Below are positions 1-11,000 of a stretch of 64,000 nucleotides of DNA, piece by piece; positions within the stretch are counted from its first letter, which is position 1, and each line of letters starts with the position of its first letter. The notes under the pieces were generated by a model. It was not told the DNA's origin. It did no database searches and saw nothing but the letters and a program-made list of their open reading frames with translations. The DNA lies in the NCBI GenBank assembly GCA_049363815.1, contig JBMQEM010000208.1:23919-87918 (forward strand), read 5' to 3'. Made by a program: the position numbers and the translations under genes. The stretch comes from Bacteroidota bacterium. Its GTDB lineage: Bacteria > Bacteroidota > Bacteroidia > AKYH767-A > 2013-40CM-41-45.

Positions 1-105
1 CCTGACTAAATTTTAGTGAACTTCGAATTTAACTTTCATTCACATAGTATATATTATTTCTGAAACATAAACAGAATTTCTGCTGTATTATTATCAGAAA
101 AAAAA

Positions 106-2505
106 CTATTTAATAACCGACACTTTTTTGATCACATACTTCTTATCAGAAGTGCTGATGATAAATGAATAAAGACCCGGTAAAAGATCGACTGTTTTTA
201 TTTCACCGCCAGGAACAAAACTATTTTCGATAACGGCACGACCGGTTATATCAAATATATTTAGTGTATAATTAACCGGCAATTTTCCGATGTTAATTCT
301 TCCGGTAGAAGGAACAGGATAAACATTCACCATCGTTCCGCTCAGTTGATCAACAGAATTGCAGACATCAACAATATACATGACAGAATCATTGCCAGTC
401 ATTCCACTACCATCAACAACAGTTACACCAGCATAATAAATACCTGCGACAGTTGTAGGAACTGTAATGAACTGTCCAACTGATCCATTAGTCCATGCAT
501 AACTCTGATAACCCGCACCGGCGTTAATTGTGACAAAGTCATTTACGCAGACCAGTGAATCATTTCCAAGAAAATAATTGAGTTGCAGAGAATCATAATT
601 TGCAAGGTATGTTGTATCATTTATTGAAGTAGAGATAGTCTGGGTTAAAGTTCCGCTATTGTTCCATTGAGTAAAGAATAGTTGATCACCGCCATATGGC
701 TGTGAGTAAGGTGCTGAGATCATCCTGTACATTCCTTCCACACTTAATACAGAGTAAGGAGTTGTAAAAGGTTGTCCATCGAGTTGAAGAGTAAGACCTG
801 AAGGCTGGGAATTTAAGGTTATTGTTGACGTGCGCGGTAAAAGATCTACATATGATGAATCAGTCATCCCTTCGGAATCCACAACGATAAGATATAATCT
901 GTAAAATACATTTGCAGATTTTTCACCGGTGTTCGGAATAGTAAACGATCCCGAACCTGTTCCACCGGTCACTGTTGGACCGGGGTGAATATGTGTATCA
1001 TGATGGAAAACAATCAACCATTGATAAGTGGTTGCAGATAAAACACCATCTTCCGGATCTAAGCCACTACCACTGAAATTAATTACTTCGCCTGCGGAAT
1101 AGAATGAATTGTTTAGCGGAGCACTGATCGATGCAGCAGGAGGTTGATTGGCCGTTACTGTCAGATGAGCAATTATACTTGTATCTGATCCAAAAGAATT
1201 CGAAACTACCAGTCTGTAATTCCCTGAGTCTGCAAATGCCACATTTGAAATGGTATAATCAGGCAAGATTGCACCACCAATTGGTACATTATTATGCAAC
1301 CATTGATAGTTGAGAGTTGCTGCTCCACTTGCCGTGGCTGAAAAAGTTACCGGATAATTAAGTGAAATCGTACGACTCTGTGGCTGGTTTATAATCGCAG
1401 GAGCTTGATTAACAGAATAAGCAATTTTGTAGAGTGCCTCATCATTACGTGAAAGGTAATATAGGTTTCCATCGAGACCAGTTACAATCCCAACTGAATA
1501 AGCTGCAATATTTGATGCGAAGGTCGTTCGTGTAGGCGGGTTTGTGAGCGTGATCATGTCGATCCAGTTTCCACAATAATCAATGTAATAATACTTATCC
1601 TGATAAAGAGCCGGGTAATTTGTTGATACCGGATTAAAGAATGTACCTCCCGTAATTGCGCAACCTTGTCCCGCAGCAGTTCCATGAATATAGTTGTAAT
1701 ATGGATTTGTAAAATTTGTGTCTGCACTGTTACCTTCTGCAGTTGGCCAGCCAAAATTATCGCCGCCTGTTGTTGCATCATTAATTTCTTCATAGGTGAT
1801 CTCACCCACATCATTGATAAACAATTTTCCAGTCCCTGGTTGAAATGAAAACGTGAACGGGTTTCTTAAACCGTAAGACCAGACCCGTTGTCTTTTGCCG
1901 GGACCGGGAAAAGGATTATTGACCGGTACAGATCCATCAGGATTTATGCGGAGAATTTTTCCAAGATAGCTATCCAGATCCTGTGACTTATAAGAACGTC
2001 CATTCTCACCTGCAGCAATATAAAGAGTTCCATCCGGACCAAATTCAAGATGACCACCGCCATGATAGTTGGCGATCAGAGTATCCAGTTCAAATATGGT
2101 AACTTCACTTCCGGGAATCACAGTATCGCCACTTGCTGTAAATCGGCTCACACGGTTAAAAAGACCACTCGAAATTGTATAACAAACATATACATATTGG
2201 TTTGACGAGAAATTGGGATCAACCGCAACTCCAAGCAACCCTCTTTCACCATCTGTATTTACACTGAGTGAAAGAAATGGTTGAGATAATAATGTATCAT
2301 TTTTAACAACACGAAGCAGTCCATTTTGCTGGGCCACAAAGAGTCGTCCATCAGGGACAATAGCCATAGTCGTTGGAGCGATAATTCCACCGGCAACGAG
2401 GACCTGACTGAAACCAACAGGCAAGGTTACTGCAGCAATGACAGATTGTGAACACACGAATAGTGATAGTAACGCAGCTACTATCAATTGATTAATATTT
2501 TTCAT
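106..2505 (-). CDS. Secreted PQQ-dependent sugar dehydrogenase (soluble aldose/glucose-sorbosone dehydrogenase family) fused to Ig-like/PKD domains, with T9SS C-terminal sorting domain
   Basis: N-terminal signal peptide (MKNINQLIVAALLSLFVCSQSVIAA). GSDH/YliI-type motif YHGGGHLEFGPDGTLYIAAGE. Ig-like segment (NYQWLHNN...DSGNYRLVVSNSFGSD). C-terminal Por-secretion CTD (VYPVPSTGRINIG...KKVSVIK). Full 799-aa ORF. Confidence 0.7.
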   Translation of the reverse strand: MKNINQLIVAALLSLFVCSQSVIAAVTLPVGFSQVLVAGGIIAPTTMAIVPDGRLFVAQQNGLLRVVKNDTLLSQPFLSLSVNTDGERGLLGVAVDPNFSSNQYVYVCYTISSGLFNRVSRFTASGDTVIPGSEVTIFELDTLIANYHGGGHLEFGPDGTLYIAAGENGRSYKSQDLDSYLGKILRINPDGSVPVNNPFPGPGKRQRVWSYGLRNPFTFSFQPGTGKLFINDVGEITYEEINDATTGGDNFGWPTAEGNSADTNFTNPYYNYIHGTAAGQGCAITGGTFFNPVSTNYPALYQDKYYYIDYCGNWIDMITLTNPPTRTTFASNIAAYSVGIVTGLDGNLYYLSRNDEALYKIAYSVNQAPAIINQPQSRTISLNYPVTFSATASGAATLNYQWLHNNVPIGGAILPDYTISNVAFADSGNYRLVVSNSFGSDTSIIAHLTVTANQPPAASISAPLNNSFYSAGEVINFSGSGLDPEDGVLSATTYQWLIVFHHDTHIHPGPTVTGGTGSGSFTIPNTGEKSANVFYRLYLIVVDSEGMTDSSYVDLLPRTSTITLNSQPSGLTLQLDGQPFTTPYSVLSVEGMYRMISAPYSQPYGGDQLFFTQWNNSGTLTQTISTSINDTTYLANYDSLQLNYFLGNDSLVCVNDFVTINAGAGYQSYAWTNGSVGQFITVPTTVAGIYYAGVTVVDGSGMTGNDSVMYIVDVCNSVDQLSGTMVNVYPVPSTGRINIGKLPVNYTLNIFDITGRAVIENSFVPGGEIKTVDLLPGLYSFIISTSDKKYVIKKVSVIK

Positions 2506-2708
2506 CTTAAGCGGAGGGGAATTTAATTCTATTTAAATTTCAGTAATACTATTAATTATTTCTGATTTCCTATTTAAAATCCTATGCCATTCAACCGGAA
2601 ATAGGTTTATTCAAACGATTTATCGGTAAAATTAGAGATATTTATAATCGCTAAAAATATTTTTATCATCAGGCAACGATTTCTTCATGAAGAGCATTAT
2701 ATTGGTAC

Positions 2709-3266
2709 ATGACCCAATTTGACGAGAAATTTGTTCATCAATGTAAAGCCGGTGAAAAGAAAGCTCAAAAACTGCTTTTTGATCAGATGTATGCACCTAT
2801 GTTCAGGGTCTGTATGCGTTACCTGGCCCAGCATGCAGATGCAGAAGACTGTCTGATGCTTGGTTTCATGAAAGTTTTTAAAAACCTCCACTCCTTCCAT
2901 TACAATGGAGAAAATAGTCTGAAAGTTTGGGTGAGAAAGATCATGGTAAATGAAGCGCTGATGCTCATCCGAAAAAAACGGAATTTATTATTTGTTGTCG
3001 AAGAAAATATTGTAGAGATTCCAATGCAGGCAGAAATAATAAATTCAATGGAGGCAGAAGAATTAAATTATCATATAATGCAACTGCCCTCCGGTTACAG
3101 GACTGTCTTTAACCTGAATGTAATTGAAGGTTACGATCACAAGGAAATTGCAGAACTTCTGAATATAAGTGAAGTTACGAGCCGGACACAACTGTCGAAA
3201 GCGAAAGGAAAATTGAGGGATATGATCAATCAAACATCGAAGAGCTATGGAAAACAGGGAGAATAA
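2709..3266 (+). CDS. RNA polymerase ECF-type sigma-70 factor
   Basis: 185 aa. Sigma-70 region 2 (FDQMYAPMFRVCMRYL) and region 4 HTH (YRTVFNLNVIEGYDHKEIAELLNISEVTSRTQLSKAKGKLR). Confidence 0.85.
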   Translation: MTQFDEKFVHQCKAGEKKAQKLLFDQMYAPMFRVCMRYLAQHADAEDCLMLGFMKVFKNLHSFHYNGENSLKVWVRKIMVNEALMLIRKKRNLLFVVEENIVEIPMQAEIINSMEAEELNYHIMQLPSGYRTVFNLNVIEGYDHKEIAELLNISEVTSRTQLSKAKGKLRDMINQTSKSYGKQGE

Positions 3267-3924
3267 ATTAATTGCAGATAAGATCAATTCTCTGGAAAAT
3301 TTACCCGAGGGATACAATCCGAATCTGGAAGCAAAATGGGCTTTACTTCAATCCGAAGAAAAGGAATCAAAAGGTATTATATACTTCTTTTCAAAGAACA
3401 GGTTAAAAATTGCTGCAATATTTTTAATTGCCTTTTTAAGCACGGTCTATATGGTCATAAAATTAAAAAATACTTCAACAGAGTTTTCAGATGTTAGTCC
3501 GGTAGTCTCACCATCCATTGAATCAAAGACTTTTGATCAAAAGACCGCATTGCCTCGTATGTCTACTTTGCAAAAGCCTACTGAAAAGCGGACTACCGGT
3601 ACCACTTTTCATACAAAGCCTGTTGAGAAGAAAAATAATCCTGATGTTGTTTTAGATAATTCACTTCCTGAAGAACAAATTTCATTTCAGGAAAACGTGA
3701 GAGCTGAAATTTTACCGCTGGAGGAAACTGTTCTTGCAAAGACTGAAAATAAAAAGTCGCGGCAAAGATATATTCAGATGGATTTTGATGATGAAATAAA
3801 TTCCGGCAATGACAAAAACACTTTTGCACAAGGGTTTCAGTTTCGGCTAGGGATCAAAAACATGAATCCAATAAACCGGAATTCGGACAACAATACAAAT
3901 TTAACACTGAAGCGTAATTTCTAA
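3247..3924 (+). CDS. Putative anti-sigma factor (single-pass membrane protein) translationally coupled to the ECF sigma factor
   Basis: Overlaps the sigma gene by 20 nt. One TM helix (IAAIFLIAFLSTVYMVI) after a cytoplasmic N-terminus. Low-complexity extracytoplasmic C-terminus. No recognisable catalytic motif. Confidence 0.45.
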   Translation: MENRENKLIADKINSLENLPEGYNPNLEAKWALLQSEEKESKGIIYFFSKNRLKIAAIFLIAFLSTVYMVIKLKNTSTEFSDVSPVVSPSIESKTFDQKTALPRMSTLQKPTEKRTTGTTFHTKPVEKKNNPDVVLDNSLPEEQISFQENVRAEILPLEETVLAKTENKKSRQRYIQMDFDDEINSGNDKNTFAQGFQFRLGIKNMNPINRNSDNNTNLTLKRNF

Positions 3925-3943
3925 ATAACAACAAATCCTTAAT

Positions 3944-4972
3944 ATGAAAAAACTACTGCTAATTGCTTTATGGGCTTGCTATGCCATGACATCAGATGTG
4001 AAAGCCCAATATTATCTTGATGAGGACAAAGCTGAATGGAATAATAAAGAAAAGGACACCATCAGAATCAATCCTTCAGGTGAAATCACCATTATTCTCA
4101 TAGGAAAAAACAAAAAAGGTTTACACAGATATGAGAATGCCGACTCCCTGATCCAGTTATTTCTTGCTGATATTGATAAAGCAATTAAAAACTCATCTTA
4201 CCCTACTGAAACCAGGTTAACCTATTATTTTGTCAGTGCAAACGGCAAACGCAGATTAAAGGCTGAGAATTCCGATTATGGAGGCCAGACTATTGATGTT
4301 GAAAAAGAAAGATGGTCACTTTCAAATGGTATTCAACCATATGAATATATTATTTATGCATTTGAAAATAATTATGAAATGTATATTTATTTAAAGGACC
4401 CTTCACTACTAACAACATTGTCACAGATCAGAATTAAAGATGCGCTTGCAGCAGCAATTGAAAATAAAAAAGTCATTAATCAAAGTACGCGGATAGAAAT
4501 TGAAAAAACGAATGAACACTGGATGATCAAAAACCATGGGCGTGACAAGACCGACTATCTTGAACTTTCGCCTTCATTCGGACTAACTTTAGTAGGGAAC
4601 CGATGGAGTCCATTTGCTTCATTTAACCTGAATCTGATCTTCGACAATAAATATTCAATTCCATTTCTTAAAACAGGAGTAAGTTATGGGATCAGCTCCT
4701 TTGCTGACTGGTCAACAGAAAAATTCACAAACCTGAATATGGTAGCATCCTATGACTTCAAAGTGATGACAAATATATCAGGAGCCGAACCAAAATGGGT
4801 AGGTCTGCAGGCAGGATTTATGAAATCATATGAAAAGACCGGACCGTTGCATAATAAATTTAAAACAGGATTTGTTGTAGAAGGTTTTGGTGGATTTGGC
4901 TTTAGTCTGGATGTAATTTATCTTAAGAACCAGGATTCTATTTATGGGTTGACGGTGAAGATGCCTTTTTGA
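3944..4972 (+). CDS. Hypothetical secreted protein (signal peptide, beta-rich C-terminus)
   Basis: 342-aa ORF starting MKKLLLIALWACYAMTSDVKAQ (signal peptide). Follows the sigma/anti-sigma pair by 20 nt. No recognised family. Confidence 0.5.
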   Translation: MKKLLLIALWACYAMTSDVKAQYYLDEDKAEWNNKEKDTIRINPSGEITIILIGKNKKGLHRYENADSLIQLFLADIDKAIKNSSYPTETRLTYYFVSANGKRRLKAENSDYGGQTIDVEKERWSLSNGIQPYEYIIYAFENNYEMYIYLKDPSLLTTLSQIRIKDALAAAIENKKVINQSTRIEIEKTNEHWMIKNHGRDKTDYLELSPSFGLTLVGNRWSPFASFNLNLIFDNKYSIPFLKTGVSYGISSFADWSTEKFTNLNMVASYDFKVMTNISGAEPKWVGLQAGFMKSYEKTGPLHNKFKTGFVVEGFGGFGFSLDVIYLKNQDSIYGLTVKMPF

Positions 4973-5014
4973 AATGCAAAATACATCCTTGATTTTAAGG
5001 TATAACTTAGAATC

Positions 5015-5066
5015 AAAAAAGGTCTTTCGAGGATGACCAACTGTCATGCTCAAAAGACCTTTTTGC
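5015..5066. terminator. Bidirectional hairpin terminator between convergent genes (nested stem: AAAAGGTCTTT...AAAGACCTTTT enclosing ATGAC-N5-GTCAT)
   Basis: Inverted repeats read directly from sequence. The stem is flanked by A-run and T-run on both sides. Sits between the stop of 3944..4972 (+) and the stop of the glucan synthase (-). Confidence 0.6.
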
Positions 5067-5081
5067 AATTTGAAATTTCTT

Positions 5082-8000
5082 CTACAATTTCCCTCTATAT
5101 AAAACAATCTTCACCTCATGCGTCGCCCCATCGTCAACCAAATCTATCTTATTATTATCGAAAGCGATATTGTTTTCTTTTACTGTCATCTCGCCTACTC
5201 CACTATCCTGAGTAAATGAAATGTTGTAAACAGAAGTTTTGTAACGGTAGTGAATTTTAAATGACCCCCATTCTGCAGGAACACACGGAACAAAAGAAAG
5301 TTTATCGCCTTCTTTTCTCAGTCCGAAGAAATGATCTGTGATCAGCTGATTCATCCATCCTGCAGAACCGGTGTACCACGTCCAGCCGCCATGACCTTCA
5401 TGTGGTGAAACAGCGTATACATCACCTGCCATCACATATGGTTCTACTTTGTATGTTGCAATTTCTTCCGGTGTCCGGCCATGATTGATCGGATTGATCA
5501 TTTTAAATAACTCCCACGCTTTTTCAGAATCACCAAGTTTTGTCCATGCAATGATCATCCAAATTGCAGCATGAGAATATTGACCGCCATTCTCCCGAAC
5601 TCCGGCAACATAGCCTTTGATATATCCGGGATTAGTTACTGATTTATCAAATGCAGGATCCAGAAGACAAATAATATTATCTTTCTTATTTACCAGTCTC
5701 GCGTAAGCAGAATTCATTGCTGTAAGCGCGCGGGTTTTATCTGCAACTCCTGAAATAACAGACCAGCTTTGTGATAACGAATCGATCTGACATTCATCGT
5801 TAAGATGTGAGCCGAGCGGAGTTCCGTCATCAAAGTACGCACGACGATACCACTCTCCATCCCATGCATTCTTTTCTATATTCACTTTTAACTTTTCAGC
5901 TTCATCTTTACATTGTTCAGCAAATCCTAAATCCTGATGACTTTGAGCGATCTCGATAAAGTTCATACAGATGTCATAGATAAAGAAGCCCAACCATACA
6001 CTTTCGCCTTTTCCATGTTTACCAACCTGATCCATACCATCATTCCAGTCACCACTTCCGATCAAAGGCAAACCATGTTCACCATATCTGAAACCATATT
6101 GAATAGCTTTTACACAATGGTCGTACAATGATGCACGTTGCATTGATTGAATTGGAAGATCATAGTATGATTCTTCTTCATGATTAAGATGTCTGCCTTC
6201 GAGATATGAAATCATTTCATCCAGGATCTTGTCGTCTCCAGTTTGTTTGATATAACGAATTGTTACATAAGGCAACCATAAGAAGTCATCCGAGCAACGA
6301 GTTCTCACACCACGCCCTGTAGGAGGATGCCACCAATGCTGCACATCTCCTTCTTTGAACTGCCGCGATGCTGCAAGTAAGATCTGTTCGCGTGCCAGTT
6401 CCGGTTGTGCATGCAGGAGTGAAAGTACATCCTGCAATTGATCTCTGAAACCGAAGGCACCACCTGATTGATAATAACCACTTCTTCCCCATAAGCGGGA
6501 TGACAATGTCTGATAGGTGATCCAGTAATTAGCGATGATATTCGTTGCATCATCCGGAGTCTGAACTTGCATTGCCTCCAAAGTCTTTTTCCAGAAGTCA
6601 CGCACTCTCTGCAATGCAGTTGCTGCTTTATCACTTCCTTTGAAATTCTTAATAAGATTCAAGGCATCATTGATATCGGTTCCTGTTCCCAATCTGAAAA
6701 TGATCTCTTTTTCTTCGCCTTCATCTAATTCAAAATTGATCTGAATAGCAGCACAAGGATCATAACCTGCACCAAGTTTTCCGGAGAGTTTTACTTTACT
6801 CATCGCATCAGGATTTTGCAGTGACTGATTTCTTCCTATGAATTCAGCTCTGTCTGATGTGAATGTTTTCTTCCGTTCATCCACATCAAAGAAAGTAACG
6901 CGTCCCGGGAATTCAGTATTGTATGGATTCTTTGCGATCAATGCCCCCGAAACAGTATCAAGTTCACTGAAAATGTGCATTGCGTTTTTCGGACGCATGT
7001 CTCCCATTACCCATTCAGTATATCCTGTTGCAGAAAGTTTACGCGGCCTTCCGGAAGCATTTTTGACCTTCAGCACAGTAAACTTCACGGCACTTTCAAT
7101 ATCTACATAGACCCACATTTCCGATTGAATACCTTCTTCTGAATATTCAAAAACACTATAGCCCATTCCATGACGGACGGTATATGATGAATTTCCCGGG
7201 CGCGGTAACAATGTTGTAGACCAGAAACGACCCGATTCTTCATCCCGCAAATAAAATACTTCACCTCCAATATCACTGATTGGATCATTGTTCCATGGAG
7301 TCAACCGATATTCGTGGGCATTCTCTGCCCAAGTATAGGCCTGACCACTTTCTGAAACGACCGTACCGAATTTCGGATTGGCAATTACATTTGACCATGG
7401 AGCCGGAGTCCTTAATTTATTGTGAACTGAAATAATGTATTCACTTCCATCCTGAGAAAATCCACCAAGTCCATTAAAGAACTTCAATCCTTTCGGCTGA
7501 GTGATGAGATTATTTTGTGTATCAGGAGGAATGGTTGTTACAAGCGCAGGAATATTCAGTTTTGCTGCTGCTTTACGATCAAGATGATCCTGAAGTGTCC
7601 CTTCTTCATCGCTAAGAATAACCCGTGCAACTGTCTGGAACAAAATTCTGTCTTCATTGGAGATCTGATCAGAAGCGCGGACAAAAATTCCACCCGGCTT
7701 ATCTGCAACCTCTGTAGCGATCAATGCCTGGATCTGATTCTGTAATAGCTGACGGTAGCCGCCATGATCTTCATTCCAGATCACAAGATCAACTTTCAGT
7801 CCTTTCAACTGCCAGTAGTTATGCGCTTGAATCAATTGCTTTACCAATTGAACATTTTCCTGATCTGCAACTTTCAACAATACAATAGGAAGATCTCCCG
7901 AAATAGAATAACCCCACAGGCCAGATTGACCACGTTGGTTCTTAATTAATATAGCCGGATTTGCACGTAAAAATGAATTAGCAAAAATCACCGATCCGGC

Positions 8001-11000
8001 TAACCTGCTGTACAATTGTGTGTCAGATTCAGTAGCATTGATATGGCGGAGTACTACCTGATTATGCGTCCATGCCAGTTCAAAGATCCTGTCTTTATGA
8101 TGATGATCCTGATATTTTTCTATTAACGACTGACAAATCTCTCTGTTTTCTCCTATACCAATTATAAAATCAATCGATACGCTTTGTCTCGGACGTAGAG
8201 TAACCTTGTAACGGATAGCAACAACTGGATCAAGGACAGAACCTTCGCTTCCAGACAGAGGTCCGGAATTTTGCATAGCGATAGGATTAGCGGGGGTATT
8301 TCCGCGACCTACAAATTTGTTTCTGCTTGTCTCATATGAAACCTGCTCTACACGCACACCTTCGGCACACATCATATGGAACATAAACGGCGGATGTTCG
8401 CTTACAGAACGAGGACGGCGTGTACATATAATTGCATTATTTGATTTCTGAATTTCTGTCTGCACAAATAAATTACTGTAAGCTGGCGCCATTGCATCAG
8501 AAGCAGCAGAAGCCAGCACAACTTCAGAATAACTTGTGATCTCAAGGGTTCTTACCTGATCAGAGTGATTCGAAAGATTTAATCTTCGCATTTCGATATC
8601 ATCTTCAGGAGATACCACTATTTCAGTATGTGTTTCGATACGGTTCAATGATCCTCTGAAATCAGCACGGCTCTGAGAAAAAGCTACTTCATAATTTTTT
8701 ACTTTTCTCAGGCTTGGCTGAAATGTAGAAGACCAGAAAACATCATTATCGAGATCCCGGATGTAACAGAAATTTCCCCAGTTGTCACAAGTAGCATCTT
8801 CACGCCATCTGGTAACAGCAAGATCTTTCCACCGACTATATCCACCGCCTGAATTTGTCACCATCACGTGATACCTTCCATTCGACAACAGCTGAACTTC
8901 AGGAATCGGAGTGTTAGGAGTCTTTAAAACACGCACTTCTGATCCGTCTTTTGCAAAATTCTTATCTGTTGTCGGTGCAGTGTGTGCATAATAAGATGTC
9001 GCTTTCGGAATTCTTTCCTGCAAAAGCAAAAGACTTGCTTTGAATCGTGGTTCAGCTTCAAAGCGTCTTTGCATTGGCTGATTTAAAAGCAGATAAGCAA
9101 ATGAAAGTAAACTCATCCCCTGGTGGTGGGCCATGTATGAATAGATGATAGCATTTGATTGTCCTCGTGGTAATCTTGCAGGAGTATAATCAACAGCTTC
9201 ATAAAAACCGAAATCACCTTCGAAACCTTCACTCGTCATCAGTTCAAGATTCTTGCAAGACTTCTCCGGCTCTACCATCAATGCCATAGCAGTCGCATAA
9301 GGGGCAATTACAAGTTCTTCACCTAAGCCTCGCTTCAATCCGAGTCCCGGTGTACCAAAAGCATGATATTGATAATTTGAATTTATATCTGTCAGGTTAT
9401 ATCCGGATTCAGAATTTCCCCACGGAACACCTCTCTGGTTTCCATACTCGATCTGTCGTGCAACGGAAGTCTTATAGGTTCGGTCGAGTAATGTATTTTC
9501 ATAATTCGGCATTACCAGAAGTGGCATTAAATATTCGAACATTGATCCGCTCCACGACAGCAATACAGGTTTACGTCCTGGATTAGAAACCAACCTACCG
9601 AGTGCAAACCAGCTTTCTTCCGGAATCTTACCTTGTGCAATACCTACAAAAGTTGCCAGTCTGCTTTCAGATGCAAGCAGGTCATAAAAACTCGGATCAA
9701 GTTGATATTCATCAGGCTTATAACCGATCGTGAATAATTGTTTTGATTTATCGTAAAGAAAATCCCATTCAACATTTGACAGTTCATCACATTCAAAGAT
9801 CTGATCATCGATCATTGATATTCTGGCATCGGCAAGATTTCCTGATTCCTCAAGTGCGATCAGGAATGAGTCCAGCCATGCATTCTCTTCTGCTGTAGCC
9901 TCAGCTCTTCTCGCTTTAATTTCTCTCGGCAGGTAAATTGAAATTTTTGAGATCTCTACCAGAGATGGATTTCGTGTTTCAATCAGGTTCTTCAGATTCT
10001 CAGGTGCATTTTCAAGAAGATACCATGGTTTCAGCACCAACATATTCTCCTGAATACCTTCGATCTGTTCGATCAACATTTTTCTCCACCACTCAGCGAA
10101 TGAATTGGTTCCGGAATTTATTCCTGAAAGCGCTTGTTCTAATTTTTCTGTAATTTCTATTAACCGTTGTTTGTTTTCAGACAACGATTGATCAGGTGAA
10201 TTATATGCAGCTTCAATAGCATCCCGCAATGGACTAAACTTGCTTTTATCGTTGTCTTCAATCCGCTCAAGCAAGACCATCAAAGTATCCCTTAATCCGA
10301 GATAGATCTTTGGTTCAAAAATTTTCTGGTCAAGAATTTCCAAAAATCCCTGGCGAAGTGTCAGCAAATGACCAACGAGATTACCATTATCAACTGTTGA
10401 AATATACTTAGGCATCAGTGGATCAAGAGATACTGTATCGTACCAGTTATACAAATGACCGTTGTGCTTTGGTAATATATTCAGGGTGTCAAAAGTATGC
10501 TGTGTCCTTGTCAACATTCTGCTGACAGACATATATCCAAAATCGACAGCGGTAAGATTTGATAAAAGATAAAGTCCGATGTTGGTTGGTGATGTTCTGT
10601 GAGCAATTACCGGAGCAGGTTTTTCCTGAAAATTATCCGGTGGCAACCAGTTGTCTTCTTCCGTAACATATTTTTCGAAGAATCCCCAGGTCTTTCTGGA
10701 GAGTACTCTCAGGTAAAGTATCTGATCTTCTGAAAGAGCACTTGATTGCCGGGAGATCGGACGACTCATCCACCATGTTACCAATGGCGCAGATAACCAA
10801 AGTAAAAGAATAGGAATAGCAATTGCAATTCTTTCCGGAGCAGTAATCAAAAGAATATAGAATGCTCCAAGAGCAAGAGCCGGCTCAAACCACATCGAAG
10901 CGAAAGAAGCTGCAAGACTTGCAGGATTCATTTTCTCTTCCACTGCTGATGGGTTCCATTCGAGCAACTTCTTATGCGAGATCACCATTCTCCATATCGT

